Source of the DNA: Caulobacteraceae bacterium
Lineage (GTDB): Bacteria > Pseudomonadota > Alphaproteobacteria > Caulobacterales > Caulobacteraceae
Length of the DNA: 64,000 bases
Direction: 5' to 3'
Assembly: GCA_037201645.1 (NCBI GenBank)
Contig: JBBCHF010000019.1
Span: 4,312 to 68,311, forward strand
A model generated the notes under the pieces. That model was given only the letters and a program-made list of their open reading frames with translations, was not told the origin of the DNA and ran no database searches. How positions within the stretch are numbered: the first letter of the stretch is position 1; every line of letters begins with the position of its first letter. The position numbers and the translations under genes are program-made. This document shows, one piece after another, positions 41,747 through 53,981 of this stretch.

Positions 41747-42875
41747 ATGGCCGAACAAGCCGCCGGAGAGCAGTTGCAGGAGGCCGCCGCCAGGGCGATC
41801 GCCTTCTACCTGCCGCAGTTCCATCCGATCCCGCAGAACGACGAATGGTGGGGCAAGGGCTTCACCGAGTGGACCAACACGGCCAAGGCCAAGCCGCTGT
41901 TCCCCGGCCACTACCAGCCGCACGTGCCGGCCGACCTCGGCTTCTACGACCTGCGCCTGCCCGAGGCGCGGGCGCAGCAGGCGGCGCTGGCCCGCCGCTA
42001 CGGCGTGGAGGGCTTCTGCTACTACCACTACTGGTTCGGCGGCGGCCGGCGCATCCTGGAGCGGGGTGTTCGAGGAGGTGCTGGCCTCGGGCGAGCCGGA
42101 TTTCCCGTTCTGCCTGTGCTGGGCCAACCAGAGCTGGAGCGGCCGCTGGCATGGCGCGCCGGACCAGATCCTGATCGAGCAGACCTATCCCGACCGGCGG
42201 GACGCGGAGGCGCACTTCGACTGGCTGGCCAGGGCCTTCGCCGACCCCCGCTACATCCGCGTGGACGGCAGGCCGCTGTTCCTGATCTTCGAGCCGGCGT
42301 CGATCCCTTCCGTCGCCAGGCTCCTGGAGCTGTGGCGCGCGCGGGCCGAGGCGGCGGGCCTGCCCGGCCTCTACCTCGTCGCCGTGCGCCAGGGCGTCGG
42401 CCTGCTCAATCCGCACCAGCACGGCTTCGACGCCTCGGTGACGATGCGCGTGCCCCTGGTGCCCAAGCGCTACGTCGACGACCCCGAGGCCGGGGCCGTG
42501 CTCGACCACGAGAAGGTCGTCGACCTCCTGGTGGCGCCCGAGGAGCCGGGCGTCCTCGACCACCCGTGCGTCAGCCCCAACTGGGACAACTCCCCCCGGC
42601 TCGGCCGGCGGGGCCTGATCCTGCACAACTCCCGCCCGGAGCTCTTCTTGCGCAACGTCCGCACCGCCATGGGCCGGCTCGCCGCGCGGCCCGCCGCAGG
42701 AGCGTCTGCTGTTCGTCAAGGCCTGGAACGAGTGGGGCGAGGGCAACCACCTGGAGCCGGACCTGAAGTTCGGCCACGCCTGGCTGCAGGCGCTGAAGGA
42801 CGGCATGGCGGCCGGTCCGCCGGCGCCGTCCGAGGCCCGGCGGTCGCCCGCCTCCGCCGCCCCCGTAGAGGCCTG
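41747..42875 (+). CDS. WbsX / glycoside-hydrolase-family-99-like protein, frame-disrupted
   Basis: 'IAFYLPQFHPIPQNDEWWGKGFTEWTNTAKAKPLFPGHYQPHVPADLGFYDLRLPE...YGVEGFCYYHYWF', then 'PFCLCWANQSWSGRW...', and the end 'FVKAWNEWGEGNHLEPD'. Confidence 0.7.
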
Positions 42876-42987
42876 AACGACCGGCCGGCGGCGGCAAGGC
42901 TGGTTTTGCAGCGCAACATACTATATGAGGCCCCTCTCCCACACGCCCGCCATACTTACGCGCGGCCGGCCCCCGGACCTGCTCCCC

Positions 42988-44824
42988 ATGTCTCTGCGCA
43001 ACATCGCCATCATCGCCCACGTCGACCATGGCAAGACCACCCTGGTCGACCAGCTCCTGGCCCAGTCCGGCGTGTTCCGAGCCAACGAGGCGACGACCGA
43101 GCGCGCCATGGACTCCAACGACCAGGAGCGCGAGCGTGGGATCACCATCCTGGCCAAGTGCACCTCGGTGCTGTGGCACGGCGCCGCGGGCGAGACGCGG
43201 ATCAACATCATCGACACCCCGGGGCACGCCGACTTCGGCGGCGAGGTGGAGCGCATCCTCGGCATGGTCGACGGCTGCCTCCTCCTGGTCGACGCCGAGG
43301 AAGGCGTCATGCCGCAGACCAAGTTCGTGCTCGGCAAGGCGCTGAAGCTCGGCCTCCGCCCCATCGTGGTGCTGAACAAGGTCGACCGGCCGCACGCCGC
43401 GCCGGACAAGGTGCTGAACGACGCGTTCGACCTGTTCGCCACCATGGGCGCCACCGACGAGCAGCTCGACTTCCCCCACCTCTACGCCTCGGGCAAGCAG
43501 GGCTGGGCGACGCTCGACATGGCCAATCCGTCCGAGACCCTGGCCCCGCTGTTCGACAAGATCGTCGAGCACGTGCCGCCGCCGGCCGCCGAGGCGCGCA
43601 AGGGACGGGCCGTTCCAGATCCTGTCGGTGCTGATCGAGGCCGACCCGTTCCTGGGCCGCCTGCTGACCGGCCGCATCGAGTCCGGCAAGGCCATCCCGG
43701 GCACCCCGATCCGCGCGCTCGACCGCACCGGCAAGGAGATCGAGCGCGGCCGCATCACCAAGGTGCTCGCCTTCCGCGGCCTGAAGCGCCAGCCGGTCGA
43801 GGACGCCGAGGCCGGCGACATCGTCGCCATCGCGGGCCTGTCCAGGGCCACCGTCGCCGACACGCTGTGCGCGCTGGAGGTCACCGAAGCCCTGCCCGCC
43901 CAGCCGATCGACCCGCCGACCATCTCCATGACAGTGTCGGTCAACGACAGCCCGCTGGCCGGCCGCGAGGGCGACAAGGTGCAGAGCCGCGTCATCCGCG
44001 ACCGCCTCCTGAAGGAAGCCGAGTCCAACGTCGCCATCCGGGTCACCGAGACCGCCGACAAGGACGCCTACGAGGTCGCCGGCCGCGGCGAACTGCAGCT
44101 GGGCGTGCTGATCGAGAGCATGCGCCGCGAGGGCTTCGAGGTGTCGATCTCCCGCCCGCGCGTGGTCTATCAGAAGGACGAGGAGACCGGCCAGAGGCTG
44201 GAGCCGATCGAGGACGTGCTCATCGACGTCGACGACGAGTTCACCGGCGTGGTCATCGAGAAGCTCTCCGCCCGCAAGGCCGAGCTGAAGGACATGGGCC
44301 CGTCCGGCGCCGGCAAGACCCGCATCACCCTGCAGGCGCCGTCGCGCTCGCTGATCGGCTACCAGGGCGAGTTCCTGACCGACACCCGCGGCTCGGGCGT
44401 GCTGAACCGCGTGTTCTCGCACTACGAGCCGTTCAAGGGCGCGATCGAGGGCCGGCGCAACGGCGTGCTGGTGTCCAATTCCGACGGCGAGACCGCCGCC
44501 TACGCCCTGTGGAACCTCGAGGAGCGCGGCGTCATGTTCGTCGGCGCCGGCGAGAAGACCTACCAGGGCATGATCATCGGCGAGAACTCCCGCTCTGACG
44601 ACCTCGACGTCAATCCGCTGAAGGCCAAGCAGCTCACCAACGTCCGCGCCTCCGGCAAGGACGAGGCCATTCGCCTCACCCCCCCGCGCCGCCCGACTCT
44701 TGAGCAGGCGATCGCCTATGTTGAGGAGGATGAGCTGGTCGAGGTGACGCCCAAGGCGATCCGCCTCAGAAAGCGCGTGCTGAACCCGAGCTTCCGCAAG
44801 CGGCGCGTGCGCGAAGACGCCTGA
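42988..44824 (+). CDS. typA: Translational GTPase TypA/BipA, one frame disruption (~43610)
   Basis: '[24 protein letters not shown]...[16 protein letters not shown]...[20 protein letters not shown]...VVLNKVDRP', then ORF 43628..44824 '[19 protein letters not shown]...[28 protein letters not shown]'. Confidence 0.95.
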
Positions 44825-44896
44825 GACGATAGGGCGGGTGCGGCCCGCGTCCCGCCGGGTTATACGGTGGTGAAGTACAAGGGGGATTCGGTCCGC

Positions 44897-45658
44897 ATGG
44901 CTTCAGCGAGCTCCTCGTTTCGCCGGCCCGGCGCACGCCTGAACGACCTGGGCCGGATGAGTCTGCGCGACCTCGTGGTCGCCTACGCCACCTACCCCTC
45001 GATCATCGCCTACGCCCTGCTGTGCGTCGCCTGCGTCGTCGGCGCGGTGAGCCTGGGCGCGCTGCAGCACCCTGTGCGCAGCCTCGCGGCGGTGGTCGCG
45101 GCGATCCTGATCTATCCGGCGGTCGAGTACGCGCTGCACCGCTTCGTGCTGCACGCCCGCTGGCTCTACAAGAACCCCTACACCGCCGACCTCTGGAAGC
45201 GGATCCACTACGACCACCACCAGGACCCCCAGCGGCTGGACGTTCTGTTCGGCTCGCCGTGGAACACCCTGCCGACCATCCTGGTCGCCGGCGCGCCCGT
45301 GGGCTGGCTGATCGGCGGGCCGAGCGCGGCCTTGGTCGCGGTGGCGACGGCCCTGGTGCTGTTCTGCGTCTACGAGTTCTGCCACTGCGTGCAGCACCTG
45401 AACGTGACGCCGAAGAGCGCCTGGCTGCGGCGGATCAAGAAGCACCACATGGCCCACCATTTCCACAACGAGACCGGCAACTTCGGCATCACCTCGACCT
45501 TCATCGACCGGATGGTCGGGACCCTCTACGAGGACGGCCAGGCGCGGCCCAAGAGCGCCCATGTCTATGACCTCGGCTACGACGACGCCGAGGCGGCGCG
45601 CTATCCCTGGGTCGCCGCCCGCTCGCGCCAGGCCGCCGGGCGGCGCGGCGAGCGCTGA
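44897..45658 (+). CDS. Fatty-acid hydroxylase / sterol-desaturase superfamily membrane protein
   Basis: Intact ORF with His boxes 'HRFVLH', 'HYDHH', 'HCVQH' and 'HHMAHH' and 3-4 TM segments. The alternative GTG start is at 44867. Confidence 0.75.
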   Translation: MASASSSFRRPGARLNDLGRMSLRDLVVAYATYPSIIAYALLCVACVVGAVSLGALQHPVRSLAAVVAAILIYPAVEYALHRFVLHARWLYKNPYTADLWKRIHYDHHQDPQRLDVLFGSPWNTLPTILVAGAPVGWLIGGPSAALVAVATALVLFCVYEFCHCVQHLNVTPKSAWLRRIKKHHMAHHFHNETGNFGITSTFIDRMVGTLYEDGQARPKSAHVYDLGYDDAEAARYPWVAARSRQAAGRRGER

Positions 45659-45670
45659 GACCGAGCGGTC

Positions 45671-47024
45671 GTGGTCTCCAAAGCCGAAGGTCTGTTCCGT
45701 GCGGTGGTCCGCAACGCCGCCGTGCTTCTGGGCGGACGCACCGTCAACGCCGTGCTGGGGCTGTCGGCCCTGGCGGTGGCGGGGCGGGCGCTGGGCCTGC
45801 ACAACTTTGGCCTGCTGGTCCTGATCCACGCCTTCGCCGAGGCGGTGGGCGACGTGGCGCGGTTCCAGTCGTGGCAGTCGGTGCTGCACTACGGGGCCAA
45901 GCCGCTCGGCGAGAAGCGGATCTTCGACTTCCAGCGCATCGTGCGCTTCAGCGCCATGCTGGACGTGATCAGCTCGTTCGTCGGCGTGGTGATCGGCGTG
46001 GTCGGCGCGGCCTTCATCGGCCCGCTGCTCGGCTGGCCCGACGACGCGGCGCCGGCGGCGATGATCTATTCCACCTCGATCGTGTTCATGGTCACCGCCA
46101 CCCCGACCGGAGTGCTGCGGCTGTTCAACCGCTTCGACCTGATCGCCTACCAGTCCACCATCGCCTCGGCGGTCTGGCTGATCGGCGGGGCGCTGGCCTT
46201 CATCTTCGGCCTGGGGCTGAAGACCTTCCTGCTGGTCTGGTGGCTCGGCACCTTCGCGGCCTTCGTCTTCCTGTTCATCGCCTCTTGGCGCGAGCTGCGC
46301 CGGCGCGGCTGCCTGGAGGGGCTGACCTGGCGGATGGGCAGCCTGACCCACGGCTTCCCGGGCCTGTGGCGGTTCGCCCTGACCACCAACGCCACCGCGA
46401 CGCTGGAGCTGGCGTTCAACCACGTCTCGACCCCTGTTCGTCGGCGCCCTGCTGAACCCCTCGCAGGCGGCGCTGTGGCGCATCGCCAAGCTGGTGGCCG
46501 ACGCCATCGCCGCGCCGGTGAAGCTGGTGGTGCCCCGCCCTCTATCCCGAGCTCGCCAAGCTGCGCGCCAACGGCGACCACCAGTCGCTGGCGCGGCTGG
46601 GGCTGCAGATCGGCGCCGCCGGCGGGGCCCTGGCCATGGCGATCCTGCTGGGTCACCAGCCTGGCCGGCAAGCCGGTGCTGAGCCTCGTCATGGGCAAGG
46701 TGTTCGCGCCCCGCGGCCGGCGTCCTGACCTGGCTGGTCGCCGCCGAGGTGATCAACATGTGGGCGGTGCCGCTGGAGCCGATGCTGTTCTCCACCGGCC
46801 ACGCCACCGCCGCGTTCCGGACGCGCCTGGCCGTCACGGTGCTCTATCTGATCGCCCTCGCCCCGCTGGTGCACCGGCTCGGCCTGGTCGGCGGCGGCGC
46901 CGCTTCCGTGGTCGCTTCCGCCCTGATGGCCGGCGGCATGCTGGCCGGCGTGGTGCGCTGGTATCGCAATCCGAGCCTGGGGCTGGTCGGCGGGCCCATC
47001 GCGGCCCAGAAGACCCCCAGTTAA
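45671..47024 (+). CDS. Multi-TM MOP/Wzx-like flippase family protein (polysaccharide/lipid exporter-like), frame-disrupted
   Basis: Hydrophobic polytopic protein: 'LFRAVVRNAAVLLGGRTVNAVLGLSALAVAGRALG...FGLLVLIHAF'. Later pieces 'AALWRIAKLVADAIAAPVKLVVP', 'LYPELAKL' and 'VINMWAVPLEPMLFSTGHATAAFRTRLAVTVLYLIALAPLV' are in other frames. Stop at 47022-47024. Confidence 0.55.
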
Positions 47025-47070
47025 GCTTACGCCCTTGCCACCCGCCCAAAATACAAGTTTGAAACCCTGC

Positions 47071-48803
<1,733 letters not shown>

Positions 48804-48804
48804 C

Positions 48805-49751
48805 ATGGCGCGCCCGCTGGCCGCCGTCACCGGCGCGACCGGCTTTCTCGGCCGCCATTTGATCGGCGCCCTGCGCGAGGCGGGCTTCGAGGTCCGCGCC
48901 CTGGCGCGCCGCGACCCGGCCTCCATCGACTGGCTCGGCGAACCGCCGCAGGCCGTGGCCGGCGCCCTCGAACGACGAGCGGGCGCTGGCGAGGCTGGCC
49001 GAGGGCGCGGCGGTGGTCGTCCACGCGGCGGGCCTGGTGAAGGCGCGCAGCCGCCATGAGTCTTTCCAGGTCAACGCCGAGGGCGCGCGCCGCGCCGCCG
49101 AGGCCGCCGGCGCGGCCGGGGCGCGGCTCCTGCTGGTCTCCAGCCTGGCCGCCCGCCGCCCGGCGCTGTCGGCCTATGCGGCCAGCAAGGCGGCCGGGGA
49201 GGCGGCGGCGCGCGAGGCGACGGCGGCCGACCGGCTGACCATCGTGCGTCCGCCGGCCGTCTACGGTCCCGGCGACCGCGAGACCCTGCCTGTTTTCCAG
49301 GCGGCGGCGCGCCTTCCCGTGCTGCCCCTGCCCGGGCCCGACTCCGCCAGGCTGGCGATGATCCACGTCGCCGACGCGGCCGCCCAGATCGCCGCCCTCG
49401 CCGCCGCGCCGGGCGCGCAGGCCGTGGTCGCCCTGCCGGGGCGCGCGGCCGGAAGGCTACCGCTGGCGCGAGATCGTGGGCGCCGCCGCCCAGGCGGTCG
49501 GACGCGGCGATCCGCCCCTGATTCGGGCGCCGGCCGCCCTCGTGGCCGCATCGGCGCCCTCAGCGCCGCCGCCGGCGCGCTCGGCGGCGCCGCGCCGATG
49601 TTCACCCCGGGCAAGGCGCGCGAACTGCTGCACCCCGACTGGAGCGTGGCGCCGGAGGAGACGTCAGGGGCCCTGCCGCCCTGCCGCTACGACCTCGAGA
49701 CGGGTTTCGCGGACGCCGTGGGCGTGGTATCGGAGCCGCGGATGGCTGTGA
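48805..49751 (+). CDS. NAD-dependent epimerase/dehydratase family reductase (CerR-like by context), frame-disrupted
   Basis: '[35 protein letters not shown]', '[12 protein letters not shown]', '[19 protein letters not shown]', and the end '[14 protein letters not shown]' in ORF 49476..49751. Confidence 0.7.
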
Positions 49752-49900
49752 CCCCCGATGAACGCCGAGCGGAACACCTTGATAAGACGGATGCATTTAC
49801 CGGCTTGCCACGCCCGCGCCCTGGATTACGTTGTTTTCACGACGACCCGCTGGCACAAGGGGGGGCCAGCGTTGTGCTTGTTCGGTTTGGATCTCCCCAC

Positions 49901-50152
49901 ATGGATGTGACGACTCGATCGGTTCGAGACGGAATCTCGGAGGCTCTCAGGGAGGCGGTCGGCCGCCCGATCGAGATCGCCGACAACACCAATATCGTTC
50001 GGGACCTGGGTTTGGACTCGCTCGCGATCATTGAATTTCATCATGGCGCTTGAAGACGAATACGATATCTCGATACCGCTGGATCGCGTGGCGCAGGTGG
50101 AGACCGTCGGCGACCTCGTGAAGGCCGTCGAAGAATTGCGGAGCCAGGCTGA
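49901..50152 (+). CDS. Acyl carrier protein (frame change ~50030; 3' end uncertain)
   Basis: 'MDVTTRSVRDGISEALREAVGRPIEIADNTNIVRDLGLDSLAI' (phosphopantetheine Ser in DSL), then 'NFIMALEDEYDISIPLDRVAQVETVGDLVKAVEEL'. As given, the frame reads through into spt. An out-of-frame TGA at 50150-50152 is the likely true stop. Confidence 0.75.
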
Positions 50153-50154
50153 CG

Positions 50155-51372
50155 ATGTCCATCCTCGCCAAGTACGCGCCTGTGCGCGAGGCCCTGGAGG
50201 CCGTTCGCTCCCTCGGGGCCGATCCCTTCAGCGTGAAGTTCGACAGCGTGCTGTCGCCCACCGAAGGCGTCCTGGACGGCCGGCGCACGGTCCTCCTGGG
50301 CACCAACAACTATCTCGGCCTGACCTTCGACGAGAGCTGCATCGAGGAAGCGGTCGAGACGGTCCGCGCCCAGGGCACCGGCACCACCGGCTCGCGCATC
50401 GCCAACGGCAGCTATGAGGGGCACAAGAACCTCGAGCTGGCCCTGGCCGACTTCTACGGCCGCAAGCACGGCATGGTGTTCACCACCGGCTACCAGGCCA
50501 ACCTCGGCGTCCTGTCGGCCCTGGTGGGCCGCGGCGACCACCTGATCATCGACGCCGACAGCCACGCCTCGATCTACGACGGATCGCGCCTGGCCCAGGG
50601 CGAGGTCATCCGCTTCCGCCACAACGACCCCGAGGACCTGCACAAGCGCCTGAAGCGCCTGGACGGCGTGCCCGGCGACAAGCTGATCGTGGTCGAGGGC
50701 ATCTACTCCATGCTCGGCGACACCGCGCCGCTGAAGGAGATCGCCGCGATCAAGCGCGAGGCCGGCGCCTATCTGCTGGTCGACGAGGCGCACTCCATGG
50801 GCGTGCTCGGCGAGAACGGCCGGGGCCTGGCCGAAGAGGCGGGCGTCGAGGACGACGTCGACTTCGTGGTCGGCACCTTCTCCAAGAGCCTCGGCAGCGT
50901 CGGCGGCTTCTGCGTCTCCAACGCCGACGACTTCGACGTGCTGCGGGTGGTCTCGCGGCCCTACATGTTCACCGCCTCCCTGCCGCCGAGCGTGATCGCC
51001 TCGACCCTGCAGGCCCTGATCCGCCTGCGCGCCGAGCCGGGCCTGCGCGGCAAGCTGATGGGCAATGCGCGCCGCCTCTACGACGGCCTGACCGAGCTCG
51101 GCTTCCGCACCGGGCCCCAGGCCAACCCGATCGTCGCCGTGGCCATGCCCGACAAGGAGACGGCGATCGCGTTCTGGAACCAGCTCCTGGTCGGCGGGCT
51201 CTACCTGAACCTCGCCCTGCCGCCGGCGACGCCGAACAACACGCCGCTGCTGCGCTCCAGCGTCAGCGCCGCCCACACCACCGAGCAGATCGACTTCGCC
51301 ATCGACCTCTTCGCCCAGGTCGGCCGCGACTTCGGCCTCCTGCCCGCCACCCCGAAGCGGGTCCGCGCGTAG
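50155..51372 (+). CDS. spt: Serine palmitoyltransferase (alpha-oxoamine synthase family)
   Basis: Intact 405-aa ORF: 'LLGTNNYLGLTFDESCIEEA...GTGTTGSRIANGSYEGHKNLELALADFYGRKHGMVFTTGYQANLG...DADSHASIYDG...LVDEAHSMGVLGENGRG...VGTFSKSLGSVGGF' (PLP Lys). The genomic context is ACP plus a reductase. Confidence 0.85.
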   Translation: MSILAKYAPVREALEAVRSLGADPFSVKFDSVLSPTEGVLDGRRTVLLGTNNYLGLTFDESCIEEAVETVRAQGTGTTGSRIANGSYEGHKNLELALADFYGRKHGMVFTTGYQANLGVLSALVGRGDHLIIDADSHASIYDGSRLAQGEVIRFRHNDPEDLHKRLKRLDGVPGDKLIVVEGIYSMLGDTAPLKEIAAIKREAGAYLLVDEAHSMGVLGENGRGLAEEAGVEDDVDFVVGTFSKSLGSVGGFCVSNADDFDVLRVVSRPYMFTASLPPSVIASTLQALIRLRAEPGLRGKLMGNARRLYDGLTELGFRTGPQANPIVAVAMPDKETAIAFWNQLLVGGLYLNLALPPATPNNTPLLRSSVSAAHTTEQIDFAIDLFAQVGRDFGLLPATPKRVRA

Positions 51373-51498
51373 CGGCGAGCTGAATCCAGGGCGCTTCAAA
51401 CTTCACCGTCATCACCGGCTGGAGCGCGAAGCGCGGAATGCCGGTGACCCATGAACTCCGCGGTCGAGGCGTTCTCCGGCGGTCCCGCGCTCATGGGT

Positions 51499-51594
51499 GG
51501 CCGGGACAAGCCCGGCCATGACGTCGATGATGATCAGCGGCGCCGGCTGACCTCAAGATCGAGGCGCCGGGGCGCCTTCTCCCGCAGGGGGAGA
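51499..51594. repeat. REP-like GC hairpins in the spt-lptF gap
   Basis: 'ggccggg-acaag-cccggcc' (51499-51517), the palindrome 'ggcgccggggcgcc' (51563-51576) and 'tctccc-gcagg-gggaga' (51578-51594). Confidence 0.4.
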
Positions 51595-51713
51595 CGGAAT
51601 TCGCGAATCGAGACCATTCGCCTCGCCCGGGCTCGCGATGGCGCCTTTACTGTGGGATGGGGATTTCTATGGTGGCGCGCGCCGGCGGCAGGCGCGGCGT
51701 GCGGAGGCCCAGC

Positions 51714-52917
51714 GTGATACGGTCCAAGAAGATCGACCGCTACATGCTGGAGCTGATGACCCGGCCCGTGGTCGGCTGTCTGGCCGTGACCCTGACCTCC
51801 CTGCTGCTCGAGCGCATCCTGCGGCTGTTCAACGAGCTGGCCCAGAACGGCGCGGACTTCGGCTTCGTGCTGCAGATCACCGTCAACCTGGTGCCGCAGT
51901 ACCTGACCCTGGCCCTGCCGGCCTCGTTCTTCGTCAGCATCTTCATCGTCATCGCCCGGCTCGGCGACGACAACGAGATCGACGCGATCCTGGCCAGCGG
52001 CGTCTCGATCAGCCGGCTGTCGGCGCCGTTCATCGGCCTCGGCCTCGCCTTCACCCTGGTCAGCCTGGTGCTGTTCGGCTTCCTGCAGCCCTATGGCCGC
52101 TACGCCTATCTGCAGGTCCTCAACATGGCGATCCACGCCGGCTGGAGCGCGCAGCTCCAGCCGCAGGTGTTCGTCGACCCCGGCCACGGCCTGACCATCA
52201 CCGCCGACGAGGTGGGCATGAGCGGGCGCAAGCTGCACGGGGTGTTCGTGCGCCAGGTCTCGGCCGACGGCCGCGAGCGCATCTCCACCGCCCATGAGGG
52301 CGAGCTGACCACCAGCGTCGACAAGACCATGGTCGAGCTGCATATGGACAAGGGCATCCAGCTCGACCGCATGCCCGGCCAGCCGGGCAAGATCCTGCAG
52401 TTCCAGAACGTCACCGTGGCCGAGCCGATGGGCGACATGGGCGGCAAGATCGCCCCGCGCGGCGGCGACGTGCGCGAGCTGACCCTGCTGGAGCTGGTGC
52501 GCGAGCTGCGCCACAAGAACTCGGTGCTGCCCCACACCGCCCTGCGCTCCGAGCTCTACGGGCGGCTCGTGCGGGACGCTGTCGGTGCCGTTCCTGCCGC
52601 TCCTGGCCATCCCGCTCGGCATGGCGGCCAAGCGCGGGCGGCGCGCCCCCGGCCTGATCCTGGCCGGGGCCCTGATGATCTCGTTCCACCACGCGGTGCA
52701 GACGGTGGAGAGCCTCGGCCGCGCCGGCCACATCAACCCCGGGCCGCCGATCTGGACGATCTATTTCGTGTTCACCGGCCTTTGCACCTGGCTGTTCCTG
52801 TCGAGCCTGCGCCGCCCCGGCGACACCCCGCTCAGCCGCTTCGTCGGCGGCCTGGGCGACGCGGTGCACTGGCTGCGCGAGCTGTTCGGGCACGAGCCGG
52901 TCGGCGCGACGCCGTGA
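51714..52917 (+). CDS. lptF: LptF-like YjgP/YjgQ family permease, one frame disruption (~52575); alternative start 51669
   Basis: 'IDRYMLELMTRPVVGCLAVTLTSLLLERILRLFNELAQNG...LVPQYLTLALPASFFVSIFIVIARLGDDNEIDAILASGVSISRL', then ORF 52585..52917 'PFLPLLAIPLGMAAKRGRRAPG...'. Confidence 0.75.
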
Positions 52918-53981
52918 CCCTCGACCGCTACGTCCTGCGCCTGCTGCTGGTGCGCACCATCATGGCCGCGGTGGTCCTGGTCGGCCTCGTGCAGATCCTG
53001 GAGCTTTTGGACGTCACCACGGCGATCTTCGACCGGGGCCTGGGCCTGGCCGGCATCGGCCACTACTCGCTGCTGCGCCTGCCCGGCATGTTCCAGCAGG
53101 TGGCGGCGCTGAGCGTGATGATCGGCTCGCTGTTCACCTTCACCCAGATGTCGCGCACCTCCGAGATGGTGGTGATCCGCGCCACGGGGGCCAACATCTA
53201 CCGCGTGCTGCAGATGATGGCGCCGGTGGCCATCGGCGTGGCCCTGCTCGACTTCGTCATCGCCGCCGAGGTGGCGCCCCGCACCCAGGACGAGCTGGTC
53301 CACTGGATGGCCGTCACGGCGCCGGCGGCCGAGCAGACCAAGGCTCCCAAGGCGCACTGGTTCCGGCTGGGGCCGGAGGTGGTCATGGTCGAGGACGCCT
53401 CGGCCAACGGCGAGCGGCTGACCGGCGTGCGCATCTATCGACGCAACGCCGAGCACCTGCTGGTGGAGGAGATCTCCGCCCCCTCGGCCACGCCCGAGCC
53501 GGGCGGCTGGCGCCTGCATGGCGCCCAGATCTCCCGCGTCGTGGGGTCCGAGGCCACCCTGACCCCGCCGGCCGAGCAGGACTGGAAGACGCGCCTGACG
53601 CCGTCCGAAGTGGTGCGGCTCTATCGCGCCACCGACCAGATCTCCTCGTCCACCGCCGTGGCGGCCCTGACCCGGGCGATCCCCATCGACCGCAGCCCGG
53701 ACTTCTACCGCACGCGCCTCTACCGCACCTTCGCCGAGCCGCTGGGGGCGCTGGTCATGCTGCTCTTGTCGGCGCCGGCGGCCCTGGGCACACTGCGCAG
53801 TCCGCAGGGGGTGCGGCTGATGCTGTTCGGCCTGATCTCGGGGCTGCTGTTCCTGGTGGTGGACGGCCTTTTGACCGCGCTCGGCGAGGCCAGCGCCCTG
53901 CCCCCGTTCCTGGCGTCGTGGAGCGCGCCCATCGCCTTCGCGGCCCTCGGCGTGACCGCCTTGCTGTACCTGGAGGGATGA
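52914..53981 (+). CDS. lptG: LptG-like YjgP/YjgQ family permease
   Basis: 'VTLDRYVLRLLLVRTIMAAVVLVGLVQILELLD...LLRLPGMFQQVAALSVMIGSLFTFTQMSRTSEMVVIRATGANIYRVL...FYRTRLYRTFAEPLGALVMLLLSAP'. The GTG start overlaps the lptF stop. Confidence 0.75.
   Translation: MTLDRYVLRLLLVRTIMAAVVLVGLVQILELLDVTTAIFDRGLGLAGIGHYSLLRLPGMFQQVAALSVMIGSLFTFTQMSRTSEMVVIRATGANIYRVLQMMAPVAIGVALLDFVIAAEVAPRTQDELVHWMAVTAPAAEQTKAPKAHWFRLGPEVVMVEDASANGERLTGVRIYRRNAEHLLVEEISAPSATPEPGGWRLHGAQISRVVGSEATLTPPAEQDWKTRLTPSEVVRLYRATDQISSSTAVAALTRAIPIDRSPDFYRTRLYRTFAEPLGALVMLLLSAPAALGTLRSPQGVRLMLFGLISGLLFLVVDGLLTALGEASALPPFLASWSAPIAFAALGVTALLYLEG

Noticed and set aside
51451-51717. An 88-aa ORF (51451..51717) in the spt-lptF gap.
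   Set aside because: Its sequence ('...GGRDKPGHDVDDDQ...') is the translation of REP-like GC hairpins. It has no coding-like composition pattern or homology.
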